Positions 44,147 through 57,200 of a stretch of 64,000 nt of DNA are shown one piece after another. Position numbers and translations under genes: made by a program. The DNA is from Takakia lepidozioides (lineage: Eukaryota; Plantae; Bryophyta), in the NCBI GenBank assembly GCA_030704615.1, contig CM060734.1, positions 44,330,001 through 44,394,000 of the forward strand, written 5' to 3'. The notes below the pieces were generated by a model. The model had not been told where the DNA came from. It did no database searches and worked only from the letters and a program-made list of their open reading frames with translations. Within the stretch, counting starts at the first letter, position 1, and each line of letters begins with the position of its first letter.

Positions 44147-47100
44147 ATGAGGGTGGGGTCTCGATCAATGCATCAGTATCAGAAAATGGAGGGCTCGCCC
44201 TCAGAGTCTGTACAATGCCCCCCCAGCAGCAATTTCTGCATGAAACAACATGACATATCCACAAGAAAGATGGGTCAGATAACGCCGCCGCATTCATCGG
44301 TTTCTCGTACCCCCTCTCGGGCGAATTTCAACCTTGAAGATGGGGGTATGGGAGCTCACAGACACCATGGAAATGAAAGGGTTGCGCAGAACCCAAGCAC
44401 GGGGTTGGGGTTTGAGCGCACTGATTGCCGGTGTCCGATGTGTCGGCACAGTTATCTCTCTGAGCAGGTTGGCCACTCTGACCATGTTGGGTTACATTCG
44501 GGAACCTTACTAGAGCATTTGCTGATGCAAGAGAAGCAAAAGGAAGCAGCAAGGCTCGCAACTCTTGCCCATTCGTCGTACGATCAAAGGGGCGCCCCGT
44601 CCTGCACATGTGTTTCATGTGGGACTGCTAATCGATGGGGGATAAGGTATGATGAATCTAATAACAGGATATTGGACGAGCAGAGATGGAATTGCAATGT
44701 GGCAGCGTCTGCTACAGGCTTAATGCCGTCACACGGAAGCATCCATGGTGGAGTTGGGCGTACTGGTGTTCAAGATAGGTGTTGTTGTCGAGCACATTCA
44801 TCATCTACAGACAATGCTGGTGGCGATGAAGCTGGCCAGGGAAGACAAGTTTCTGGCTCGGGAGGAGGCCTAGCCGCTGCTAGGTGTCAGGTGTGTGGCA
44901 TTTCAGCCCTTGTTGTTTTTAATTCGCCGTAACAGTGTTTCAGTGTAGAGTCTATGGTAGAAAATGTCGATTAATTTCTGGGTCTTAAGCAATCGAGTCA
45001 TCTTTTGACTACACAATCAGGCAGTGCATTTACTCTTGATGAAATTGCGGGATATTGTGAGTGGGCAGGGACGGCAGACATCATGTTCAGCTGCTGGATT
45101 GGTGACAGCAAGGGGTTCAGTCAGGCTGTCAGAGCCTTGCCAGTCAGCGTATCTCTATTTTTGACTGGTCTTTGTTAGCTGCTGGGATGGGCAGGGAAGG
45201 CAGGTGTCAAGTTTACTTGGAGGTGAAGCTATGGCAGGGAGTGCCCAAAATCTATCAGCAGCTGGAGAGCGGGGTCAGGATGGGGGGTGGTCTTCAATGC
45301 CGCTGCCACAGAGTGCAACGTCATCTTCTCAGGGAACACGAGGCTTGCAGGATGATTCAGTAGAAATAGTATACCAGGACAATGCGATGCAGCATTGGGA
45401 GCAGGCGCGACTGGTGACAGAGGGACTAGTTATGCTATACAAGTGGTATTTGATCAAAGTGCCACATGCTGAGGGTGGCGGGTATGATCGCATTTTATAC
45501 TTTCTTCGTGTGTGGGCCTCTCTGAATTTCCATTCAGACTTCTGTTTTGGGTGACATACCGCCACCTTGGATGAGAGAAAATGCTCTATGTGAAGGTCAA
45601 GTGGAATTGGCATCATTGCGAAAGTTTTTCCCTGGAGTACCAAAAGTCTCTTTGGACTAGCTACAATTCCCAGCCATATGATCTTCCTACACCATAGCAT
45701 TTTCGCCATAGAAGGATACTCTTACCCATAAGCCCCCCATTATTAACTGGATATCGCAAACTAACGTAGGAATCAAATGAGGGCTATGTGGGGGTTGGCA
45801 CAGGTCCTATAGTCTTTGGCCCTGGAGGTGAGGTATCAGCTACTTTTGTTGAAGCATGGAAATTAGAGTGTGTCCAGGCACTTTGAGGACCCAGGTGCTA
45901 ATAAAAAGTGTGGTGCTTGAGTGCTTAGTGGTTATATCTCCTTTGCATGTTGAAATGTGGTTGCGTGAACGTCAATGGGAGGTGGTCAATTCCCAAGTAG
46001 CTCCTGCTCTATTCTTCTTTTGGTTTAGACATTTCTCACTCAGACATACCTTTGCGATTGTTTTCAGGGCTGCTGATTATGGGCATTCAGTTGCTGTGGG
46101 CGGATTTCTGGTTGCTGATCAAGCGGAGAAAGTAAGGACTGCAGCTATAGTGGAGCGTTTGGACTTTCGGAAACTCTTGACATGTGATGGTGTCGAGGTT
46201 CGCTTGCAGGGCTGTATCAATCAAGATGCATCAGTCGCCACCGGCTTTCCTATGTGGTTTGTGCAATGTTTTATGACCGGGTTTCCATACATTTGGAAGC
46301 ATTACTTGATGAGACGGGGACCTCAAGGAGAGTCCTCTGACCATGGTGGCAGAGGGAGCCCAGATTCATTGACAGTTATCAACAGGCCCCCTCTGGACAT
46401 TGAAAACTTGGGCAGCCAGGGTAGAGGGGTAGAGTGCAGTAGCCCTGCTGACAAGGCTGTGGATGTGAGTCCCGGGTCCACAACTTTGCCTCCAGACTTG
46501 GCAAAGACAGCCGGGGTTGAAGAGGCAGCAAGGAGACCAGATACATTGAATGCAGCAGTGGCTGTCACCCTTGTGGAGGCTATGGAGAACCCAAGTGGTG
46601 AAGTGGGCACAGAGGATGTAAGAAACGAGCCAGTCCCTTCAGTAGTGACCTTAACTGACGTCATTGCTGACAGAGGCCATGGTGGTGCTGGTGAGCCAGA
46701 AACACAGTTCATGATGAGCGAGGAAGGTGACAGTTATGTAACAGTTAATCTGGTCATATCTGCAGCGGCAGCCCTAAAAACCAGCAAGGCTAGGAGAGGG
46801 CGAAAGGATGTTGAAAATAGACCTGTTCGTCGAAGCAGACGATTGAAGCTCCTGCAGGAAGGTTCTAGCCAGATTGGAGGAGGGCAAGCTGATGTGCCGG
46901 TGGCTATTGTAGACACCTGTGGGGTGTCAGCTACTGACCAAGTTTTGAGAGAGCCAGATGATGTCCAGGTGACAGTCACCACCCTTGTAGGTAGTGGGCG
47001 AGGTGCTGGACAGGTGGCAGTTGCAACAGGAGAGAGCCAGGGCAATGACATGGAACTAGCTGGGGACCAAGTAGGACCAGCAGAAGGTGAGCCCATGATT

Positions 47101-48309
47101 GAACAGGGAGCAGTTGCGGACCAAGTGAGTAGAGAGGAAAGAGAGGCAGTGGCTGTCTTGGAAGGGGATGAGGCTGAAGAGGCATCTCGGGAGAAAGTTG
47201 ATGACACAAGGAGCCCCTGCAAGAGGCCAAGAGAATTTCCGGAAGAATTAAATGAGGATGGGGAGGTGTTGGGTCTACTCGCAAAATTGGCACCTATAAC
47301 ACCTCCACAGTTCTCAAGTAAGAGGGGTAGGAAGGCTATGGAAGAACACGGTCAAGGATTGGACTTGTCCATGCCAATGAATGAGAAAGATGGCACAGTG
47401 GACATGGAGCGAGGTCTGAGTCTTGATTACACTCCTCCTGTTACGAGAGCTTCCTGGAGGTCACAAAGATGCTCAAACGTAAGTAGCTCAAACAAAGAGT
47501 CAGGAGCTGTGCATGACTCTAGTGATGATAATTCACCTTCGTCATCAATATTCCCAATTCCAGCCAAGGGGAAAGATAAGACTGTGGACATGGAGCAAGA
47601 TCAGACTCTTGAGGACACTCCTGCCAGGAGAGCTTACCGAAGGTTGAAGAAATGCTCAAAAGTGGGTAGCTCAAACAAAGAGTCAGGAGCTGTCTGTGAT
47701 TCTGGCGATGATGATAATTCATCTCTAGCATTGAACATTGGGTCTGAGTCTGAGATTGGATACAAAGATCCTAGCATCTGCCAAGTATTTGAGCAGCCAT
47801 GTGATGTTTATACAAGCCCAGAGCTGGGAGATGGCATTGAGACACCTAGACCGCTCAGGAAGCATGGGGTGGATCAGCCACACAAGCTGCAAAATAAGAA
47901 GACAAGGCAGCTGGTTGAGGAAAGGAAGGCTGGAAGGCCCACTAGAAGATCAACTAGAAAAGAGTCTGAACCCTGGAAAGGTAGCTCAATTTTGCCACCC
48001 CCTCTTCCAGCACCGCGGGTACAAGACAAGAGCAAAGTTCCCAAAGCTTATGGGTTGAAAACATCCCGATCTGGACGGTTACTGGTCCCACCCTTGGCAT
48101 ATTGGCGTAGCCAATCCATTGGGTATGACAAGGATGGAGGCATCATAGCAATCTTTGATGGGTTCAAGGGCACGGCTGCAGATACAGGATGCTTCACTTT
48201 TAAGCCTCCTGAAGGAAAAAATGCCAAAGAGATCCAGAAGCAGCTATGCGAGGCTGCCTTACGTATTGAGGTGAACTCACTTCCATCAAAGAGAGAGAAG
48301 AAAAGATAG
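44147..48309 (+). CDS. KNL2: KINETOCHORE NULL2 (Mis18BP1 homolog; SANTA domain plus CENPC-k motif); about 3 exons (~44147-44890, ~45204-45481, 46068-48309)
   Basis: The SANTA domain is split by a phase-2 intron: LYKWYLIKV | VAVGGF..RTAAIVER..LLTCDGVEVRLQGCIN..GFP...FMTGFP.IW. C-terminal KTSRSGRLLVPPLAYWRSQ is the CENPC-k motif. The start codon and exon 1/2 junction are less certain. Confidence 0.88.
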
Positions 48310-51204
48310 ATATCGGCAGAGTTTCTAGAGGTGGTTAGCCTGTGGATGTACATAGAGAGCCTTAGGTTGCTGCCATATCGGACAGAGAGGATTCTGGGAA
48401 GTTGTGTATGATGGAGGGTAGATTATTAAGAGCTGCACAGGCGTACCTTTATTAGCATTATTCTTGTACATGGTTTATGGACATGAACATTTTGGACAGG
48501 CTGGAGTAATGAAAGTTCTTCAAGCATTAGTCGACTAGCTTGTTGCAAAAGCTCTTAAAAAGGCATTTGTTGTGTTTGAACACGAATGAGTGTTAAATTC
48601 TGTGTTAGTGATTTGCTACTCCCCTCAAATTTTTGGAGGACTTGTGGACTATCAGTATATAGTACCTTCTCTCAAGGATCATGAGGGTACAATGTTTGGC
48701 AACTCAAAGACTATCTGAAATGGATAGCCAAAAGATGCTATACAAGATTCTTTGTTTCTCTTGATGTTATTTATTGTAGATTGAGGCAGCTGCAGTATAT
48801 AGAAGTTGGAATGGATGAGCCGAGTCACTGGAAAAGAAGCTTGCTCCACTGGGAAAAGGGATGACCTTTTCAGATTCTGTCAGGAAAGCTTCTCTTTCCA
48901 TATCAACTGCTGGAAAATTGAGAAGGATTTTGATGTGAACCAATGAGTAGTTGGACATACTTTTTGCACAGGCATGCAGCCCTCTAACCCACTCTTGCCA
49001 GGATTTTGATTTGTTTCTTGTTGAACCTTCTTTGATGCCAGGAAAGGAGGGGAAGAGAGAAAGGTATTTGCACTCATTAGGGTAGAAACTAGAAACACCC
49101 ATCATGTTGCACCAAGGCAGTTTAAATGAGCATAAATTCCAGTTACTTTAACCTTTGGCACCATGTAACATATATCAATGGAAAGCGCTTCAAATAGGCC
49201 ACATATCTAGTTGGCAGTAGCGCCCAATTCTCAATTTGTATGACCCTAAAATGGAGGTGTAGCAAGTGGGGTCGATGCTTGTGGGCGTGAACCATACTAG
49301 ATTCACCCCTCTCACTTCGCACTTTGGATTGTAGCCATTTTAGAAGGTAAAACGATACCATTGGAAAGCTCTTTATGTTCCCTATCTTATTGTAAAAGAG
49401 TTGGAACAATTAGTGTGCGCCAATGAAAGCCTCAGGATTGTAACCATTAAGATACCATTGGAAAGCTCTTTGTGTTTTGTGGTTGAACCATTTTCAGTAG
49501 AGTTCAGAGAATTTGAGTGTAAACTAAGAAGGTTCATTCCTCTTTGGGTAAGTTTACTGGCCTATCATGTTGCACCCAGCCTAAAAATGATCTAACACCT
49601 TCCAAAAATGGATGGTGGTACATGTCTGCAACACAAATGGGTCCTGCCCACAAGGGGGCCTTCGACCATAGATTTGTTGCTAGCGACTTCTGGCAAACCT
49701 CTCTATTCTCCCCTCCCTCTGCAAGGATACTATCAAACATACTTGCCCAGAGCCTTGTTTGTTTCTTGGGGGAGAGACTGCAATGATGTAAGGGAAGTTG
49801 GACAATGGCCAACGAAAAAGTTTCTCCATGACTCTCAATCCAGCAGTCATGGTGACAAGACGAGCCTTCAAAGCCACCTCAAAGCTTTGATTCTATCCCA
49901 CTTTGGAGATTCTATCCAACACAGCAGGTTGATTCCAGCTGCAGTTGATAGACCATTGCAGGGACCTTGCTACAAGTCTACGATCTAGACACTCAAGACA
50001 TACACACTCTCACCTATCGAAGAAGGCTTGGCACTGGTAGTTATTGGCATGCCAGGTGACTCTGAATAGCATTTAGAAACTTGATCGATTATTTTGCACC
50101 AGGTTCCAAAACTGCAGTGACTCTTTCCTATGGGGAGGAAAAAGGAAGGAAGGAAAGGAAGGAAATAGTCTGTACATAAACATTAAAAATGGGAGTCTTG
50201 TTGAAAGGAAAGAAAGTTTTAAAACGAAGCGATTTACATAGCATACAAGCCTTACACAGTCCACCGAGAGATGTGTCTTTACTGAGTAGAATCCAGGATC
50301 ACCTAGTTATGTACATGCAGAGCACTGAACCAACCACTGGGCTGTCCCCTGAAATGCAAAAATGACTGCTGTATCTTTCAACTTGACTTGCAAGCTGACT
50401 AATCTTTTCAAGATCTCAGAGAACAGATTAGATTTGACAAACGATGAAGTCATACATTTTCCTGGAGCTTTTAGGGTTTAGGGTTTACTATCTCTGTACA
50501 ATGCTTGTTCATCTACAAAGTCTACAGCAATGCTACTGAACTCATCACACCAACGAAAAAGATTGCATGAGGCAATGGCCCACTAACCCCACAAGATCAA
50601 ACCACACAATTTCTCAATGAATCACTACTGAGTGAAGCTCATAAATCCCGACTCCACAAGCATCATAGTTGACTAAACTGTGAGGAAGCAATTGCTGATG
50701 CCAAATGTTTATTTTCCAGGTGGAATTCATTCAATCCACTCTTTTTCTGCCATACAATGGAAGATAGCAAATTGTGACCATGTAGAAGAAAACACAAGAT
50801 TGATCAGCTGAGGTCTTGCAAGGGACACCTGTACAACACAAATGCAGTCAATATGTCCATCAATCCCTTCCCAAGTCAAAATCACCAGAGCCAGTTGTGG
50901 AAACCCAGCCCATATTCCCACTGCTCACAATGATCGAAATAACAGACACCAAGTGCTGATGAAATGGCTTGCACTCGCATCAAATTAATGTGGATTCCTG
51001 CTGAAGCGAGTGCAATAAAGGGGTCTCTTTGCCCCAAAGGGCTACTGCCTTACATTCCCATCATATAAACCACTTTTTATATTATCACTACAATTGCTGC
51101 TGCCTTCTTCATGAAGATGAGTCTAGATGTTTTAGGGTGTCAACTCTTGGAAGGCTATCCCACATACGGAGGCAACACACTATGCAAAGCGAAGAATTGG
51201 AAGC

Positions 51205-54200
51205 TTAGGACTCCACGTACCGGCCCAGTTTAGAGATTGATTGCACCAGTTTCTTCGACATAACTTTCTGCCTATATAAACTTGGTGTTGAATCGCTCTG
51301 AGCTGAATCGCTTTGGGTGTCAACATCGTTTTCCAAGACCTCACCATCTCTATCTTGTTTGCATCCCTGTAGAATAGCAGTCTTTTGAGGTAAGATAACC
51401 CAGTATGGAACAAGTGGAACCAGCTGAAATGCAACTCGTAAGCTACTGAGATAAAAGCAACATAAACTGTAAGCATTTCATTCATGGATTGAAAACACAT
51501 CTTTGCCCTCTATGAGTAAGCTTCGATTCAAACAGACATCTTGCTGTGAGAGTAGAGAAAAGAACATCAAGGACTTCAAGGTGAGACCTTTTTACTGGGC
51601 AATCTGAGCTTTGATCGCATTCTGGAGACTGGCTGTGTAGAAAGGCTCTGGGTTCGCCCCTCAGTGCTCTTGCTTGCAAACCCATCCTCACGAAGGTCTT
51701 CTTCACTTTCTCTTTCAGTTCCACTTTCAGCCTGCTCTTCAATCTCCCTTTGGCAACTGTCTCTTTCAACCTCAATTTCATTCCTTTCTGATTCAGAGTC
51801 GATCTCGAGCCTGAGATCCTCATCAGCCTCAATTTCTTGGACTTGATTCTTGAACACTGCCCCTGCATATCCAACCTGGATATCATCATCCCTCTCCTTG
51901 TCAATATCACTGGCATGACTCTCATGTTCAATGTCGTCACCACCATCTTCTTGGTCATTATCAATGGTTCTGTCAGCCGTCAATAGAGCCACAGTTCTAT
52001 CTGCGCTGCCATTGTCCTCAACCCCTGCATCTGAAGCATCTGAGTTTTCTGCATCAGCTTCATCCTCTGTGACTGCACCTGCAATTCCCATGAAATCGTT
52101 TTCTTTCTCAGCTGTCAATAGTGTAACGGTTCTATATGGCATGCAAATGCCCTCAACCCCTGCATCTGACGCATGTGCACTTTCCCCATCAGCTTCATCG
52201 TCAGTGACAAAACTTTCGGTTTCCATGGAATTATTTTCTTTCTCAGCTGCCAGTAGCGTAACAGTTCCATGTGCTCTGCCATTGTCCTCAACCCCTGTAT
52301 CTGAAGCTTGTTTGCCTACACCATCAGATTCATCTTCTGTAATTGAATCGTCACTGTCCATGGCATTGCCTTCTTTCTCCCCCATCTCTGCAACATGATA
52401 CCATCAAGTGTGGTGTTATTGAAAGGATCCCAGGGAGAGCAACACCAGTATGCTAAGAATTTGAAAGTCAATTTCACATACTCCCACATTTGCAGCTGAG
52501 AAAAACACAGGGCCACTATAGCTCTATAGTGGAAAAGATTTGCTGATGCATCCCAAAGATGAACAGAAGAATGATGCAGACCAGACTAGAGTTATGGCTA
52601 CTAGGGTTGAAGGTTATGTACAACTAGGAGTGCCAAAGGGACTGCATAACCAAAGCCTCAGATGCCAGATGGACCCGGAGAGGCAATGGTTTTTATCTTT
52701 GACTCTGGTTTTGTTTCCTCTCTCATGTTTTCTTCCATTTTGTCCCATAAGCTCTATGAGCTTTCTGCGGACGTTATAAAGCATCATTTCATTTCATTTT
52801 ACTGTTTATCTGCATTCATCGACAACCATCAGCTTGCCTCTGTTTCCTTCATCCCCTTCCACACACAAGCTTCCCAAAACACAGTCATTGCAGTTACCAA
52901 TCTCACTTGGATTTGTCTCCTCCATACAATTAGGATGCTCTCCACCAACTTCAGCCCCCTGCTCTGGATCACTATCTCCTAGGCCACCCTCCACTGGATG
53001 CACATTGCAAGATGGCACACTGTCAGAGGCACCATAGGAGCACTGCTGGTGGGCCCGGGCGTTCTGCATTGCCAGATCATGTTCTTTCTTCTCCTCATGG
53101 CACTTGAGGATCTTGGCTTCAAAATCATCAGCGAATGCCTTGACGTCTGACTTAGCAAACTTCTTAGCCTGCCAGCACAGTTGAACTTGGAATAAGAACA
53201 AGCAGATGTCACTGGGGGTTGAGGCCATTGCTATCCTTAAGGAGAGATTACACATCCACAATGATCACATTAGATGTGAACAGGGGGTTTCAGCAATATT
53301 CAGGGAAACAATATTACCTTAGTGACGATGGTCTTGAAGTGCTCTACAACCTCGTGGTCTCCAAGAGCGTTCTGATATTTTGGAAAGAGATCATTTATCT
53401 TCTTCAGGCCCTTGTCAATGTAGGAGAGCTGGGCCAGGCAGTAAGCCAGGTCCCTCCATTGCTTGACATCTGCACAACAATCAAGGAAAAAATCACTCAG
53501 CTGCATGCCCAGTCGTAAGCATTTGAGCCCCAAATTGGCAGAGCAAAGGCTTCATACACGATCAGCACTTGGGCAATTCTCCAACAAGGTGGAAACTCAC
53601 CAAATGTTCCTACGAAGCGAAGACACAGTTTTTCCAGAAGCCCCTCCTGTTGCTTGTCCTGTTTCACCAACGCTCCAGCAGGAGTTTAGGCTGAGGTAAA
53701 TGTCAAAACTATCTGCGACTTGATGACCAGTGTAACTTCAAAAGATCTGTCGATATGCAGTAGGAAGACTATTAAGATGCCGATTATTGAATACAAGTTA
53801 CATACGGAATAGATACACTAAAAGGCAAATGGATACTGACTGGACTAGTTAAAAGTATATACCACTCATGCAGGTATGATACATACCTTGGTGATGGCAC
53901 CAATGAGAAAATGCATGATACTGCGGAAGGTGTCCTGTGGCAGATCCGGCTTACTGGAGAGGCGGCTTAAGATATCTGGCAGTAAGTTATAGATGGGATT
54001 GTTGCCTGGGAATCATCAAAGCTCAATCACTTAGTAGAACACTCTTTGAGACAGTAGAACCAGGCTTCCACAAACAACCATCACTTCCTCAACAGAATGG
54101 AAGTACTTTTAGGTAGCTGATAGCTGTTTATCACCATAATTCAACCAGCAGGTTGATGAGCTCACCTTTTTTAGAAAGCTCAAGAATGAACAGCTTCACC

Positions 54201-57200
54201 AGATTCGCAATACGCTCATCCTCATCCTCCAACCGCAGCACCATCTCACTGATATGTCCCTTCACCTGGCATAATGTATGTGTGTATGAATGAAATGAAA
54301 TGAAATGAAATGGTGCTTTATAACGTCCGCGGAAATTTCGTAGAGCTTATGGGACAAAATGGAAGAAAACATGAGAGGAAACAAAACCAAAGCCAAGAAT
54401 AAGAACTATTGTTCGAGTGATTGTCTAAGGGTGAAGGCCTCGTGCAGGTAAGCTGCCAAGCATTTCTGATCCTGATAGTGGAAGACTTCAGTGAGAGATT
54501 GGGTTCCACGGAATAAACAGTGGAATCCCCCGCGGATCTCGTAGTATAGAGGGCAATAGAAGAAGAAGTGTTCTTCAGTTTCAATTTCCCGGCTGCGCCC
54601 TGTGCAAGCTGGACATAGGCGGTCCTCCCGTTGCAGGCTTTCCCATCTGCCAGTCTCTATCCGTAGGTTGTGGGAACCCACCCTGAACCGCCCCAATGCC
54701 CTCAGGAGATAAAGATGCCGAAAGGTAATTGGGCCTCAAGATTCTATCATCTCGGAGCACCAAGAATGTCTCTCAACAGAAGTGGAGCTTTGTCGTGAGA
54801 TTGGGTAGCTTCCAAGTTCTCTTGATATGTAATTCCATAAGCTCTCTCCCAATGAGTCTGTTGCGGTCCTGTCTGGATGTGATGAATGAAAGGAGATTCC
54901 ACGCTAATCATAGAGAGTTGGTGCCATGATTGTCAAATCCATGGCTAGTAATCCTGTTCCTTTGACACTTCTATTGCCCCTCTGACCACATTCATACATT
55001 GTGAAGATGATCAAGAGAATGAAAGGGGGACTAGTAGTACCTTGACCATATCATTAAGAATGAGATGAGTGAGGACTAGCACTGAGTTTTTGCGCACTCT
55101 CTGACAGGAGTCACTTAGGCGTTCATACATGTGCTCTGTCCACGGCTCCAGTAGGTTTGGGAACCGGATGGCCAGATCACCCATGGCAATAATACAGTTT
55201 GACCGCACTGCTGCCTCACCTGAGTTTTGAGCCACTGTGAACAGAATCTGCAGGTTTCTTTCACTGCATGATATGAACAAAGACATCCCCACAAGTGTGT
55301 TAGTGAAGGTTAGCTTTTGATTCTATTGAGTGGCAATGTCTATCATGCTTGAAAGCCTTTCCCGGGCTAATTCATTTCAGTAGAATTGACTTAGTACATC
55401 TTACTTTTTTCCTCTCCTCTTTCTAGTGTGAACACTAGAATTGCAGCAGTCGGAGAGAAGAGCAGACCAGAAATTGGCATCGATGACCATTAGCTTGCAC
55501 AGAGCCATCATAGCTGAAGACCGCAACCGTGGATACTGGTTATCATCACCACACACCCACACAGTTAGTTAGCACAATTTGGAACCAGGTATTAAGTGAG
55601 GCACTGCCTAAACAACTAAGGAAGAAATTAGATCACAATCTCAATTGATAGGGACTCGCAGCACCTGTTGCATCAGGGCTCCATTCCGACAGATTTTGGC
55701 CACTACGGGTGAAATGGCAGCAACAAGAAACTGCTGATTTGTTTTATTAGTCACAATCTCTGACTCAGCTTTCTCAAGTAACCCATCCAGCCTTGCATCT
55801 TCTGACGCCGCCATCCCCAATTCTGCATTGATGCTTTCGTCCTGTAATGCAAGAGATCATTGTTCCTTGCTATATACAACATTCCTCAATCTGCCCCACA
55901 GAACCTCAGTTAGAGGTAATTGAAATTGAAACCCCACACACACATGCCTCCCCACTTTGTGAGACTACTTACTGAAAGTACTCCTGCACAACTCTGAGAC
56001 AGCAGAAGACAGAAAGATAGGGAATCTATTCAGTTGATCAGCCGAGTTCCAAAAGGAACTCTTGTTGATCAAATGTCACAAGACAAAAGGGGGGCCCCCA
56101 ACAACAAGCCACCGCAACCATGAAACTACCATTCAACTATGAGACGGAACGGCTCACAGAGATTTGCTGCAAGGCATCTCTGATCCTCATAATGGACCAC
56201 CTCTCTAACGAAGTGAAAGAAACTTAGTATAAGTGTCCAGAGAGCCAATGGAGAGAAGACAGGAAATGGTACTTTCTAGCATCTGCACGAAGCTCAAAGA
56301 GGTTAAGGGACAAAGAGGAATGAAAGAAATGGTACTTCATAACGTCCCACAGGAAGCTCAAAGACCTTATGGGACAAGAGGAAGAAATAAAATGAAGTGG
56401 AACTTTATAATGTTTGCAGAAAGCCCAAAGAGCTTATGGGACAAAAGGAAAGCAAGAAAGGATAAAAGACAGAGTGAAGCCAGAAGCAGCCCAGAAGCAA
56501 GAAACAAGAAAGGGGCCACAAACAGCCCAAAAGCAACTGAAGCTCAAGGGATGTTCTAAGAGTCAACGCTTCATTCAGGTAAGCTGCCAATCTTATCTGA
56601 TCCTCATAATGGAAGACCTCCGTGAGGGATTGGCTGTCCCAGAATAGACAGGTGAATCTCTGACGGATTTCATAGTATAAAGGGCAGTGAAAGAAGAAAT
56701 GTTCTTCACTGTCAATTTCCCTGTAGTACCCACCACAAGCGGGGCATAGGTGATCATCACGTTGCAAAAAGAATGGTATATCACAGACTTTACCTTTGGT
56801 GTGACAAGAGATTGCGATGACAACTTTGCAGGGAGACCTGTCGCCTGGATGTCAGCCACATCTGCAGCAGCATTGGCTGTGTCTCCAATTTGTTTCCGCA
56901 GTTTTTGCACACATGATTCAATGTACACCAAATGCTTCAGTGCCACATGGGATACTGCAAACAGAAAACGGCTGAGAATGGATGCCTTAGTGTCGAGAGA
57001 GGTAGGTGGCTCCAATACTCCAGTTTCCAAGTCTGCCAGATTTCCAGGTGGAGACCCACCAAAACTCTTTGGAGTCCTTGCAAACAGCAACTGGGAAAAT
57101 TTGACAAGCAGGGCCGATGAGAAAGTTTCGGGGGTGGGATGAAGAACATAAATGGCATTGATGGCTTGCTCGGCAGCTGCGTACCAGCTCTCCTCAGGTA

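Noticed and set aside
45856-46067. 5' part of the 817-aa ORF as the KNL2 N-terminus
   Set aside because: It is intronic. The SANTA domain begins in the upstream exon and splices in phase at 46068.
49500-49990. Possible L1 remnant between KNL2 and CAP-D2
   Set aside because: No recognisable motif could be read with confidence.
50470-50486. TTTAGGG telomere-like repeat
   Set aside because: Only about two units; a common interstitial telo-box-like motif.
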